A DNA stretch of 64,000 bases from the human T2T-CHM13v2.0 reference genome, Homo sapiens (GCF_009914755.1 NC_060930.1); one strand, 5' to 3'; shown: positions 19,295-37,908, counted from the stretch's first letter. Notes: generated by a model from the letters alone, not told the origin. Program-made: numbers and translations.

Positions 19295-20232
19295 GTCAGG
19301 TCACTCTCTTCCCTTCCAGCTGCATCCTGTGACACTCCCTTTTTTCAGTTTGTGCTCTAGATTAGCTCTGCCTGGATGTTTTTGTTTTCATTTTTAAACC
19401 ACAACCAGGAACAAAGCAGACTTTTAACTCACTTCTAAGTTGAACATCCTGTTAGTCCCATTGCCATCATTACTCTACATATACACATTCTGGAACCTAC
19501 TAGCTAACATAGGTGGAAACCATTCCTGTGGGCTCAGCAAGAGAAAGAGAATCAGCTAGCAATAAGAGAAAATGGGAACATGGCTGCACAAATCTGATTA
19601 TTTATCTGATGTATTTTTCTGTTTGATCAAACTGAGAGATTTAAAAGAGCCTAACTAATTAGTTTTAGTTACTTTTCTTGATTTTTTAAAATGCATATTC
19701 AAGTATAGAGCAGAAATTGAGCCACAGTATATCCAATATATTCTTTTTCAGATAGTTCTAACTTTAGGATCTTGATTGTCGAAATGAAGAACCTTCTTTG
19801 TACTGTGATACCAAATTATGATAAATGTAGAGTAAAATTTCAATCTAAGTAAAATAAAACACATGGAATCTATTCTGTTAGTATGGCAAAAAGGCAAGAT
19901 TTTTTTCTTTATCCTGTTAAGTCCTTTTCTTAAATGACTTAATGGACTGAATAGTGAGCACTCTGCCATGTAATTTAGTAGTAAAGTGAACTGCCCTTTT
20001 CTTCTTTCCCTAAAAATTTGCTTGTATATTATAAAGCAAAACACCTTTGAGGCGAGATTCTTGCCAGACCTTAAAAATAAAAAGAATAAACAAAACCCAT
20101 TTTGATCTTTCTCTGTACATCCTGTCTTATGGAAAGGGCATCAGGTGCTTCTATAGAACTTACCAACAGAGCTCCCTCTGAGGGGTTTTCTGTCTGAGGA
20201 TCACCAGAAAAGCTATGTTCTTTTATCTGTAG

Positions 20233-20330
20233 TCCTTATTGGAAATGAAGGAGTTAAGAAGAAGTAAGAAGCAAACCAAATTTGAAGTACTCAGAGAAAA
20301 TGTTGTGAACTTCATTGACTGTCTAGTGAG
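20233..20330 (+). CDS. ORC3: ORC3 coding exon 16, 98 nt
   Basis: ctgtag|TCC TTA TTG...CTA GTG AG|gtaagt; [32 protein letters not shown](R). Confidence 0.96.
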
Positions 20331-20581
20331 GTAAGTCTAAATTTAGCTCTTAAGAGCTAAAAATCATGCTGTTTTTCCAAATAACACTGGTGTCATAGCT
20401 GTCTATAGCCAATCCAGAACATTTTTCTCCTAGGTTAGGCTTTATGCTTTTCAGGTCTCTCCATCTAGCTTAGAGTTGTAATTTTTAGGCCAGGCGTGGT
20501 GGCTCACGCCTGTAATCCCAGCACTTTGGGAGGCCAAGGCTGGTGGATCACGAGGTCAGGAGATCGAGACCATCCTGGCTA

Positions 20582-20849
<268 letters not shown>

Positions 20850-21371
20850 TTAATCTCAGTTAAGAATATAGGCTTAAATTTGATCTACTTCATTAGGTCA
20901 GGTGGGGAGAGATGAGATAGAAAGTGAATGTTTCTCTTTCTAATAATAAAGTATTTGTATTACACTTTATCTTTGCTAGGAGTAAATGCTGGATCTGAGC
21001 CAAGCCCAGAAAGTAGAGCAGACTAGCCATGCTGCTCTATTTTATCCTGAAGAAAGAACATTTAATTCTAAACAATGCCAGTGCACCTCATTATCAGCAC
21101 TAAATTTATGTTGAGACATGTGCTGGGTAAATTTAGAAGTCTACCAATCCAGCCTGTATTTTAAGATGTTTCCTTTTTAGGAAACCCAGATCATTCTGAT
21201 TCATGGATTTCCCAAAAGTCAGCTTTATGTAGCCGTGTAAAATCACCCACCTAAGTTTGGTGGAAGTTGGGCATGCTACAGAAAAAAATGAGAAGTGTGC
21301 AAAAGAAAACGATTTAATACCTAAAAAGTGGGGCGGGGGGGGGGAGAACCTGTTATCATTGTTTATTGTAA

Positions 21372-21608
<237 letters not shown>

Positions 21609-21860
21609 TGATCCACCCACCTCAGCTTCCCAAAGTGCTGGGATTACAGGCGTGAGCCACCGCGCCCGGCCCTGTTTATTGTAATTTTTAATGGCAGTTT
21701 AAACCCAACAGCAGGCTAGGCACTGAATAAAGTACTGAGAAAATAGCAGCACAATTATTAAAGAGAAAGAGTGCTTTTCTGACAAATTACATGTCTTTTC
21801 TGAAAGTGAAAAGCTTAGTTTTCCAGAATAATGTGGGGACAGAGTCATTGTTCCTAGTCA

Positions 21861-22252
<392 letters not shown>

Positions 22253-24536
22253 TTAGAACCCACAGAGTTAACCTTGCCCTACTGGGCTTTCCTGTTCTTG
22301 TAGAGTCTAGCCCCAAACTCTTGACTCTTCCCTTTTACCAGGCAGTGAACATGGTAGTCACTAAAAATAATTTTGCAATGTGATTTGCCAATTTTAGGCC
22401 AAATGTCAGGTTCCAGAGTTCTTACAAATTCCAAATTATAGGCTCTGAAATCACATCAGCCGTTTCCCTGTCATGATCCTTCACCTAATATGTCTGACTT
22501 TTTACCTTTCTGAGCAGTTGTTGAAATAATGCTCAGTATAATTAAATGTGTTTTGTTGTAAAATCACAAAATCTTCCATACTAGGATTTAGTGTCTTTAC
22601 CAAGATTGTCCCAGGAGGGAAGAGATTAGAATTGTAGCATGTTAAAGCTAAAAGAGACCTGAAGAGTCAGCCCTGTGGCAGCTAAAGGCCAGAGAGGGGC
22701 TGTGACTCATGCAAGGTCACACAGTCTCATTCTCCTGACATCTGCCAAAAGGCCCTCTCCATTTCTCTACACTGCCCTCAACAGCCACACCACAGATGTC
22801 TGGGCAGAGCTTGGAGTTATGGAGAAAGGATGTCCTTTAAAGACAAATATAAGCAGGAGACTTCAGGAGGCAGAGTTCACAGTATACCATGAGCAGCTCT
22901 TGGCAAAAATACTGGCAGGCAAGAATAAGTTGCCAGATCTTGAGAGCTGAGAATAAATTGCCACTTTCTAAGTTACTGTTTTTGCCAATAGCAAGCTTCA
23001 ACTTTGTAGCCCTTGTTGATACTAATTCCTCCAGTTCCTTCAGAACCACCTCTTTCAGGGAAGGCCTATCATTTGTCTGGTCTGAATCCAAAATGAGCAT
23101 AATGCAGTGCTTTAGTGCCAGACTCATTGCTTACTTCTTCTCACATAAATAAGTCACAGAAGTATATTTCTATGTCAATCTCCAAGTCTGCAGTCAGATA
23201 AAAATTCTAATGTATAATGTATTTTGTTACTGTTGTTGTTCAACTAATGTAGCCAGTGGAAACAAAATTAAGGCAGATATTTTATTTTTGCTCTGATGGT
23301 TCTTTGAGGATATCTAGAGAGGTCTTTTGCCTTGGGAAATGCCTGAATTTCTATATATCACATGTAAAAATGTTAAAATGTGAGGCGATAGTTTGAGTTT
23401 CTGAAGTTGACTCTATCTGATTGCCTTGTTAGATATCCAATCCTTATTACATACCAGGGACTGCAACAAGATCTTTTAATGACAGCCATGTATAATGATT
23501 GGGAAATAACTGCCTGAGGTTAGTGTAGGAAGAGTTTATGGTCAGAAATTACAAATTGGTAGCCAGCCATCACAGAAACTATTTCCTGAAGCTACAGCTA
23601 AGTTAACTTAACCTTGAGTAATTAAGATGTTAACAGTATCTGAGGTATAGAATACTGTTTCTTAGTGAGGATCAAGTCAAAATCATACACTCTTTGCAAG
23701 TAAGTTTTGTTCCAGTTGACTCTGGAGAAGGAGCAGCACCTAGAATTAGAATGAGCAAGGGGTCATTAGCTCTTGAGATGGGGGAGAAAAGGAGGATGGT
23801 GAAGAGTGATGTCCATGTTGAATACCCTTTCCACTTCCTCTCTTCTTCAGAGCTCCTGGCCACATCGGGACAAAGCAAGTGTAGGGGATTTCTAGGGAGT
23901 GGTATCCTCTCCAGAAGAAGAGAAAGGATACTTGGAAGAAGGGGAATAATGTCCCCAGTGACTGGGCTGAGGTAGCTGCTTTGCTCTGCTTGTACTGGTA
24001 GGAAAAGGAGCTGACACAAGCTGTCATGTGGCCAAAATACTTTAGGCTCAGGACTGGACTAAGCCCCAGAAATCTTCTTTATGAAGTCATGTGAGTTAAC
24101 TATATACTTTAATCCAGTTAGTGACATTACTCTGTCTATGGGTTATGTGTGCCAAAGCTTCTCCCCTCCAATTTGCCACCCTCCAGGCATCCAGTATAGT
24201 ATCACTGTCATGGCACAGACCACCTGATGGGCTCATTATACATGCAAAGCAAATTTTTAATGCCATATTTTTTAGTTCCGAATTTATTAAAATTGTTTTA
24301 TCATCTAGCTCATAGGTGAAAAAAATCCCAAATTATGGCAGATTTTTTATAAGTGAAATTTTATTAATGATTTGTTTTTCAATACTCTGAAACTAAGATT
24401 TAGTCTTTTCTGCCTTCTAACGTAATAAGTAATTCCAATATATAAAAAACTTTTGGGCCGGGTGCGGTGGCTCACACCTGTAATCCCAGCACTTTGGGAG
24501 GCCAAGGCTGATGGATCACCTGAGGTCAAGAGTTCA

Positions 24537-24743
<207 letters not shown>

Positions 24744-25058
24744 TCAAAAAAAACCAAAACAAAACAAAAAAACCCCACAACTTTTGAGGTGTCATTTCCA
24801 TGAAAGATATCAACTAAAAATTTTCTGTGATCCAAGAAGAATTTCCTGAACTCTTAATTCCAGGCCTGTGTTTAATATTGCCAAAGGTTAAATGTTTGCT
24901 GTGCTAGAAAATGTAGATATCTGTTTTCTCATTTACTTTAAGAAATGCTATCTTAAAGATTTCTAAGCAGAAATGTAGTATATATACATTTGTTCCTAAA
25001 GGTTTAACTCAGAACTGAAATATACAGCTTCTTATAAAGAGTCTAGAGGTAGTTTTAA

Positions 25059-25463
<405 letters not shown>

Positions 25464-27055
25464 TGAACATTTAGTTTTCTGATAGTTTAGCTCAGACTCT
25501 GGGCGTCATTGTCATAAAAATATACTAAATTTGCAGTTATGTTTTAATGAGCAGAGAGTCGGCAATTCAGGGTTGCACGTCTCATATATTTTTAAAAATT
25601 CTTTAGACTGTAGAAAAAAATTTCTAACCCCATAAAGATAGCAATTAGTAGTCAACTGTTGCTGCCAGTTTTTGACCATGTGTAATCTTTGCCCTTCACA
25701 TGCTAAAGTCAGATCATAGGCACAAAGACTTGAGAGTATAATGTTACCACTCTTGTGAAAATAAAAGAAATGTTTCCTGTAAACATAACAGCAGACAGGG
25801 ATTAAACAATATGGCCTAATAAATTACTGAAAGACCGAAATGGTTGTTTCTAGTGGGAAAGAGAAATACTTTGGGACTTCATCTTGGATTTTAAAACAAA
25901 GAAAGGTCTATTCTGAGAGCATCTGCAGAGCTGAGTGTAGAGGATAACCAGCAGTCTGCCACTAAAACTCCTGGGGCAGCACACTTCAGCTGCCCTTGCT
26001 AAAGTCCAGACACAGTTATCAACTCCTGGAAGCTCTTTAAACAATAGTTCAAGACAGCTCACAATTTTAGAAACTAGCTTTCTTATGACCGGGCAAAATG
26101 ATCACTTTAAACATTCAATAAGCTGTATATACATGAAAGAGTGGTAAGTTAAATACCCAGAAATCTTGCCACAATAAATACTTAAGAAACAACTCCGTAA
26201 GACCTATGAAGAGCATTCCAGTGTACTGGCTTCTCATTGCAAAACGGCACACAAACATGCAGAGTATTACAAGAATATTGAGTAGGACGATATAAGTCAA
26301 TGGTTTTCAGTGATGGTGAAAACCACTGAATAATTTCATACTTAACCAAAAAATCAGTTAATTTTAATATATAAACCATAAATTAAAACTTACAAAATCT
26401 GTCTTCTTCTTGGCTGGTGGGTCACAGAAGAGAACTGGTATGATTTCAGTTGTCTTTGGGTGGGATATATTATAATATACCCCTGATATTATAATATCAG
26501 AGCAGGGTGTGTATGTAAGACTTTGTGTTTCTCAGTAAAAGCCATGGATTTCAAATAGGTTGAAGAAACACTGATGGTTTCTATAGGGCTTAAGGTCTGC
26601 AGTGTTGACAACGTAGTCTTTTCTTTAAAAGAAATTTATACCCCTGGTAAGTGGTATTAGTATTTACTAATACAGTATAGTAATTGTTAGAATTCAGCTA
26701 ATTATAAGTGTTGGAAGTACCATTTTATTAAGTATTCCTAAAGATTTCCATAAACTTTTTACATTAAGTGCATTCAGGTCTGAGAAATTAGTAATTTATG
26801 GATTGAAATGAAAAATATGCTTATCTTCTAATCCTGGGAATATTCTTCTAGTGACTAAGAACTAGAGGGGTTATGACCAAGACATAAACCTAAACAAGAA
26901 CTAGCTAACTATTGAATAGACTCACTCACTAAATAAGGGAAACCAAGATTCCATTTACTGGTTTACTCAGTTTAGGTTGGGGGCTTCATTAATGTCTGAT
27001 TTTATTCCTAATAATTTATAAAAGTTAGTCATCTTAGTTTACTGTTAATTGTTAG

Positions 27056-27172
27056 AATGAAGCACTGAAAAGCGAAGAAGGCTGCATTCCGAATATCGCC
27101 CCAGACATCTGCATAGCATACAAACTGCACCTAGAGTGTAGCAGGCTCATCAACCTCGTGGACTGGTCAGAG
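27056..27172 (+). CDS. ORC3: ORC3 coding exon 18, 117 nt (winged-helix region)
   Basis: gttag|AAT GAA GCA...TCA GAG|gtaggt; [39 protein letters not shown]. Confidence 0.96.
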
Positions 27173-28066
27173 GTAGGTTGTAGGGAAAAGAACAAGCTAG
27201 ATATTTTTCTAACCATCCATGATGACTTTCTCAGAATAGTTTTATACTTTTAGTGCTTTGGAATTTATCTTGTGTTTAATGCCTTGTCTTTTATTTGGAA
27301 AGCATAAATCATTTCAAACTTTAAAAGTTCCTTAGGAAGTGGTAGTTCAACAGTCCCCACTCCCAATCCCCTGCCCTCTGATCCTGAATTCCTTAACCAA
27401 GCCAATTCTGTGTTCATGCTAGGTCAAAATAAGTATGTGATCTAACCCAATAGTTAGCATTAAGCAAAAACTAAACAATTTAGGTCAGTTCTGTTATTTC
27501 ACAAAATAAAGTATATTATTAACTAGCATTTCTCTTCTTGCTTAAAAGAAAAAAAATTGAAGTAACTACACAACAGATTTAGCAATCAGGAAGTATAAGG
27601 AATACTTGGCAAGGCAATAAACAACTGTTGTTATTCTTTAAAATAAACAACTATTCTTTCTGTCTTCAGAATAGTATTACAAAGATCTTAACTCTATTAA
27701 AGGCCTTACAGATGTCTTGTCACCATTAAAAAATATCCATAATTGGCTGCTTCCAAGAAAAATAGATATTTTCCTGGAGTAAGATTAGTAGAGGAAACAG
27801 GGCTTTCTTGTTCTTTTACCTTTGACTAGCTTCGTTTCTTTTCTCTGCATACTCTTAGTTCTCTGAAACAAGATTATTCAGGAACCATTACTTTATCTTT
27901 TAATATATAAGTGGTTTAAAGTGATCATCAGTGTAGTTTTGACAATCTTAAATTTGATATAATGAAGAATATGTGCCAGCTATCAACAGCCATTAAAAGA
28001 AGTATAGTAAAAGATGTTTGGCAACTGTAGACATTTTTATTTTCTTCTGTCTTGTCTATTCAAAAG

Positions 28067-28146
28067 GCTTTTGCAACAGTTGTGACAGCTGCTGAAAAAA
28101 TGGATGCAAATTCTGCAACCTCAGAAGAAATGAATGAAATTATCCA
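28067..28146 (+). CDS. ORC3: ORC3 coding exon 19, 80 nt, followed by a U12-type intron
   Basis: caaaag|GCT TTT GCA...ATT ATC CA|gtatcctttt; [26 protein letters not shown](H). Confidence 0.95.
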
Positions 28147-29437
<1,291 letters not shown>

Positions 29438-29737
29438 AAAGCAAATAAGCAAAGCCAGAACTATCACATTTAGCTTAAGAGAAAAAGGTGACCAGTCATA
29501 TTTACATATATTAGAGGAGCCTGTTTTGTTGAGAAGATAAATGTGTAACCCCCATTGATGTTTAACCAGAAAAGTACATTGCTAACCCCAAACAGGCATG
29601 TATCAAAACACCTGTGGAGTACTTTAGACTCCAACAAATAATAATGTAACTAAAACTGCTCACACATTTTACTGTACTTTCCAAAGTCATTACTAAATTG
29701 TGAGTAAATCATTCTTGAACTTAGAGTATGTAAATGT

Positions 29738-29743
29738 AATAAA
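29738..29743 (+). terminator. ORC3: ORC3 polyadenylation signal AATAAA
   Basis: AATAAA about 300 nt after the stop codon, preceded by TGTA elements. Confidence 0.75.
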
Positions 29744-29960
29744 TTCCGTTATCCAGGAGTATAAATTATTTGCAGTTGCTTTAGCAATCCTCATTCCTCC
29801 TCTCCCAATTCCCTGCATTGGCATTCCTCACTTTAGTGTAGTAGGCAGTAAGTAACATGAATATCTTACAGGTTGTTTCTCCTGGTGACTACATAGGTTC
29901 CAAAACTGTCTCTGCCTCTCCATTTCCTGTAGTCTTACAACTTTAAAGAAAAAAAAAAAA

Positions 29961-30289
<329 letters not shown>

Positions 30290-30645
30290 CTACTTCGGGA
30301 TGACCTGTCATGGAGCCAGTAAGGCCTCTACAAATCACATCCCAAACAAATACAACTCAGATGAGCAAAGTAAGGCCCAGATGAAATGACATCTCGATCT
30401 CTTCTATGGCAGAAACTCAGCAAGACATAATGAAACAAAGATAGCTAAAGTTCATTATTTAATGCTCTACTCCCAAGAGAATTATGGGACTTTAAGGCTA
30501 CTCACTAACATACAAAATTACCATGCAGATATGGGGGGAAAGTCCATGTCCAGAAAAAACTTGGTTTGCAAACCTTAGAACTATGTCATTGCAGGATTAT
30601 GTGTGTGTGCCCGTGTGTGTGCTCACAGGCTTTGAAGAGTTTTAT

Positions 30646-30846
30646 GAGTATCCATTATCCAAAATGCTTGGAAACAGAAGTGTTTTGGATTTTAGATTTT
30701 GAAATATTTGCATTATACTTAACAAGTTCAGTTCAGCATCCAAAACCCAAAATGCTCCAGTGAGCATTTCCTTTGAGCATGTCAGTACGCAAAAAGTTTC
30801 AGATTTTGGAGCACTTAAGATTTAGGATTTGGGATATTCAGCCTGC
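30646..30846. mobile_element. Tigger4a/MER46-like MITE
   Basis: gagtatccattatccaaaatgcttgg...gggatattcagcctg; same family as 893-1540. Confidence 0.75.
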
Positions 30847-31010
30847 ATAATCAAACCTCCTTCATTCAGGAATGTAAAAGGAGGTATTAATATGAGCTTA
30901 GAATAAAGAACACCTTAGACCTCTGGCAGCGTGGTGGGCTGAGATGACATTAATGGGTAGCTGCTCACCCTCCCCACCTCACTCCCTGCTTTAAGCACAT
31001 AAAAATGCTA

Positions 31011-31518
<508 letters not shown>

Positions 31519-32453
31519 TCAAAATGTTGCCAAGGCTAAAAGGAAGGGGAAACCCCAAGGTACCATAAATAATCAACTGCAAGTCAGAGCAGAAAGCACC
31601 TAGCCCTGCAGAGCTTTGGGAAAGACAATGACCAGCGTAGGTAGTTAAGTTAGATTAGGTATCTTTTCATCTTCATTTAAAAGGTGCCAGGATTTCTTAT
31701 TCAACAGAATGTAAACACCTGTACATATGTACACAGGACTGTCAGCTTGAATGTTTGTTAAGGAATTTATTATATGCAAACACAAGTACCACTACTACCA
31801 TAGAAAGCAACTGGACAAATAGAAGCCTTGACACCTTGGAATCCATGTATTAAAGACAGAGCCTCTGTCATTCTAAGGGTCTTTGAGTGAGGGTGTGGAA
31901 CACAGCCCACCAAATGAATATGATCAAAGAATAAATTTCTCATGTTAAGTCACTGAGATTCCATGATTTACCTTCATAGCAATTAGCTCAATATTTTTTC
32001 GCAATATTCTAGTCATTCTTCTTCTAGTCTTGCCTCCAACCATGTGTTTCATTTTTTAAACAATGGTTGGTACAAATCTAGGGAAAGAATAGGTGATTTT
32101 AATGATTTTTCCATCTATTTAAGGTAAGGAAGTTGGCAACAGGGAAGGTCTTCCAATACAAGGACACCATCACTACGTACAATGTAGTTTCAAATGATGC
32201 ATATGAGCACCAGATAAAATTGTCAGTGTTTAGAAACTATTACTTTGAACAACACTCATACAGCAAGATGCTTTTTACACTGTAAGGTACAGAGGAACTG
32301 GCCTCACACAGACCAGCAGATTCATATATAAGGCACAGATTCACTGAGTAGAGTAAGTAGCCATGCCTTACTTTTCCTCTGCTGGGCACTAAGTTGAATT
32401 TATCCAACATAAACGCATGTCATGCCCTGAACCACTTTGACTTTCCTCACTAA

Positions 32454-32780
<327 letters not shown>

Positions 32781-33029
32781 AAAACTGCCCTATTTTCACA
32801 ATGAATACACAAAAGAGCTATAAAATTAAAACATGAAGCTCCTTTGTGGTAATCATTAATGGAGCACAAAACCCTCAAGACAGCCTATGAAATGCCAGTT
32901 CAATTCTGTGTCCATTCTGTAATTCAGGAAACCTCTACCAAAATATCTTACAAAGGAAGTATTCTGCCTTACTAAATCTTTCATTTAATGAAATACTGAT
33001 CTGAAAACCCTGAATCGAAGTAGGGTGAA

Positions 33030-34100
33030 ATACATTCAAAAAGTACCAAGCATGTGCCATGTGCCAGGCACTGTATGCCAGTGAGCAAAGAACCCTGCCT
33101 TCACTGCGTTTAGCACAGGAAGTAAAACAAAGAAAGCAGCAGGGCAGAGCACCAGGATGTCAGGCTGCAATTTTAAAGAGTGGTCAGAGCAGGCTTCATT
33201 GAGATGACGTTTGTGCAAAAAGTCAAAAGTGGTGAAAAAATTTTCCATGAAGTTTTGTGGGAGAAGAGCATGCTAGGCAGACACTAGCAGTAACAAAAAT
33301 CCTATGCTGGAAAAACAGCAAAAGTGGCCAATGTGGACAAGGTAGAGTGAGCAGGAGGAATTCAATAGGAATTGAATGAGGTGGGGTAGAGTGCAGGTAA
33401 TTTAGGGCTCCACAGACCTTTGTGAAGTTTTACTTTTACTTAGGAAGCCATCTAAACAAGACTTAGACTTTTAAAGGATCAGTCTGGTTGCTATGAGAGT
33501 AGAATAGGATGGGTGAGAGGAGACAAAATGAGGCAAAACAAAGACCGGTTAGGAAACCACAGAAATAATCCAAGCAAGCTATGATAGTGTCTTGGATTAG
33601 GGTAATAGCAGTAGAGATGTTAATATTTTAAGGTGGAACTAAGATCAGATGAAGGATGTGAGGAGTGCAAGACCATTTCTGCCTAGAAACAAAGAATGGA
33701 GTGGCCATTAAGTGATTGAGGATGACTGAGAGGAAAAATTTCAGAGGCAAAAGTAAGTTTTAGACGTAAATTTCGAGGTGTCTACTAGATACCTAACTGA
33801 AGATGTCACATGAAGAGGTTAATATAATCTGATGTCCTTATGATGAGATCACCAAGATGAGTACTAAGAGAGGAGGCAAGCAGCCCAAGGTCAAGCTCGG
33901 GGGCACACCTATGTTTTAGCAAAATGCAGGGAAATGAAGATTGGGCCAACAGCAAGACAGAGAAGGAGCAGCCAGTAAAGGAGAAACGTCAAAGCAAGTG
34001 TAGTATTTTGCAAGCCAACTGAAGAGTGCTTCAAGGTCAAATGCTGGCTGCTGATTAGATTTAACAATGTGGAAATCTTTGCTGCCTTTTACTAAGAGTA
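33030..34100 (-). mobile_element. L2 LINE fragment
   Basis: cattcaaaaagtaccaagcat..atgtgccaggcactgt start and purine-rich L2 antisense body. Confidence 0.75.
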
Positions 34101-35411
34101 ACAGAGAGGAGACGAACTCTAATCACCTATCAGATGACCTAACCAAGTGTCCAAACTTAACAGCCTGGAAAAGCCGTAACTGTTGTGATGCAATATGGAG
34201 ACCATAGCATCACCTTGCACTCTTGCACAAGTTTAACCCGAAACTTGCGAAAACTTTAGACCTTTCAGTTTACAGAAAGTTCAAAGGGATATCAGAAGTT
34301 AAAATTAATGACAGTACAAAGAAAAACTCAACAAGACAACAGGCCTAGTATTTCCAGAAAGTAGGAATCTTAATTGAATCGTGTTTGGGGGATGAGGGTA
34401 GCTATTTAAAAAAGAGACACATGGAAAAATCTGAAATAAGGACTCGATGTTAAATTAGGGAAGTATTTTAAGTGGGAAAGTCAACTTTTCTGTTTGAATT
34501 TCTTTTCCTAATAAAACAAGTTGGTGAAAAAAAAGGAAGGGGTAATAAACTGGAGGAAGTTTAGAAAACTGAGTTTTGCTTTTATAAAGGGGAGCACTAA
34601 AATAATCACTAGCAAGGGATATAGGATCAAAAGATTTTTTAATAACATGCTTATTATGCTTTTGGAAATGATTTAGTAGAGAAAGAAAATAGATGCAGTA
34701 GAGAGAGGAGAGGACTGCTGGAGCTGTATCTTTGCCTGAGACATAGGTTTGCATCTCGTGCTCCTTACCTGGGGCAAATGCAGGAGCAAGAGAATTGTGG
34801 GAGCCATGTATCCATGAGTAGACATAGACTATTCGGGTGCTTTTGTAGAATATTCATTTAATACCAATTACTGTAAGAGTTTGAAAGGAGTAAAGAGAAC
34901 CCAAACAGGGCAAAAACAAGTCATTTCCAACCCTAGCTGCTTAAATCACCTAGGCAGCATATTAAACAGATTCCAAAAGTTCTCCCCTCCCACCAATTGT
35001 CTAAAGCAGTCTCTGGGGATAGGTAGAGCCTGAGAACCTTCTACCATTTTCTTTAGGGTCGTGTCAAGTGCTTGCCATAGGCCAAAGACAGCTTTAGTAG
35101 TTTAAACCTCCAATATTTATTTTTCTCAGATTGCCTATTTTTCCAAAAGTACAAACGCTTATACCTATGTGCACTTGTTAAAGATTTACTAAACACATCA
35201 TAGTACAGTACTGTATCAGTACTGCCTTTTACTGGAAGAATAAGATGACTATTAACACAATTCTGTAGATACTTATTACAAGCAATTTCAGGGATTTGGG
35301 GAATTCAGAATCCCTAGGTAGCTAAAATAATCTATTGAAATCATGTGTGGTTGGTTATTTGGACTAATCAACTACCGGACCCATCTAAAGTCAGAGTAGC
35401 CCATAAGCTAG

Positions 35412-37083
<1,672 letters not shown>

Positions 37084-37169
37084 CAGAAGAAGGCATTTAG
37101 AATCAGAACTCAGTGTTTTGAAACAGCACTCAAATCTTAGAAAATTAACTTCACTGATTCCTGGAAAAT

Positions 37170-37908
37170 GCTTACGTTTTAAAACACCAACTTTATTCAA
37201 ATACTAACCCCATCTGTACATTAAGAAACAAGCAAAATAGAAGTAAATGTTTTATTCTTCCAACTAAATTCCAGTACTACAAGGGCAGTAAAACAATGAT
37301 ACACTGGAAAAAAAAAAATGCAGCAATAAACATTTGTTAAAAAGACTGATAGAATAAATAAAACTACAAAAAAAAAAAAAATCATACAAACCCATTCTGA
37401 AACCCCAAGAAGTCCTGGAATACAGAAATGCCCTCCTCCTTCACTATTTCACAGGAAGCACTGCAGGCTATTTGCTTAATATTGTCCTGGGATTACATTC
37501 TAAAATTAGTAACTGGTTACAGCTCGGTTGTAGTGCACAATTAAAATCACACTAACTTCATCTGAAGTGTCATTCTACAGTTTTATTTACACAACCAGTG
37601 AAGGGCATGTTCCAGAATACCAGCTTTAATCCTTTTCAAACATTAATATAAGAAGCCAAATTGTAATGATACAGCAAAATGAGGCCACTGGTATTAATAC
37701 AGGTAGCAAAGGTCCACATCCAGGTGGTACTGACATCAGGGAAATTTCCAAAACCAGTTGCTGCTGCCTAAGAGTGGTTGCCACTGACGAAAGCTTGAAA
37801 TAACCTGTATTCACAGAAGGGGTATTGGCATTGCTGCATGTCATAATTGGGACCTCTTGCAACAACTCAACAAGGAACAAGGCAGCCCACAAATGCAGGA
37901 TACGTGAT
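37170..37908 (-). other. AKIRIN2: AKIRIN2 3' UTR with tandem AATAAA signals
   Basis: Minus-strand AATAAA at 37582-37587, 37251-37256 and 37192-37197; U-rich tracts; exact 3' end not determinable. Confidence 0.75.

Noticed and set aside
23030-23127. SLALKHCIMLILDSDQTNDRPSLKEVVLKELEEL resembles protein kinase subdomain XI (DPxxRPS)
   Set aside because: No HRD, DFG or APE motifs upstream on the same strand; flanking segments look ankyrin-like instead.
23672-24027. Overlapping 93-115 aa ORFs on both strands
   Set aside because: Purine-rich degenerate sequence, probably an ancient repeat; no ankyrin or other motif and no clear splice ends.
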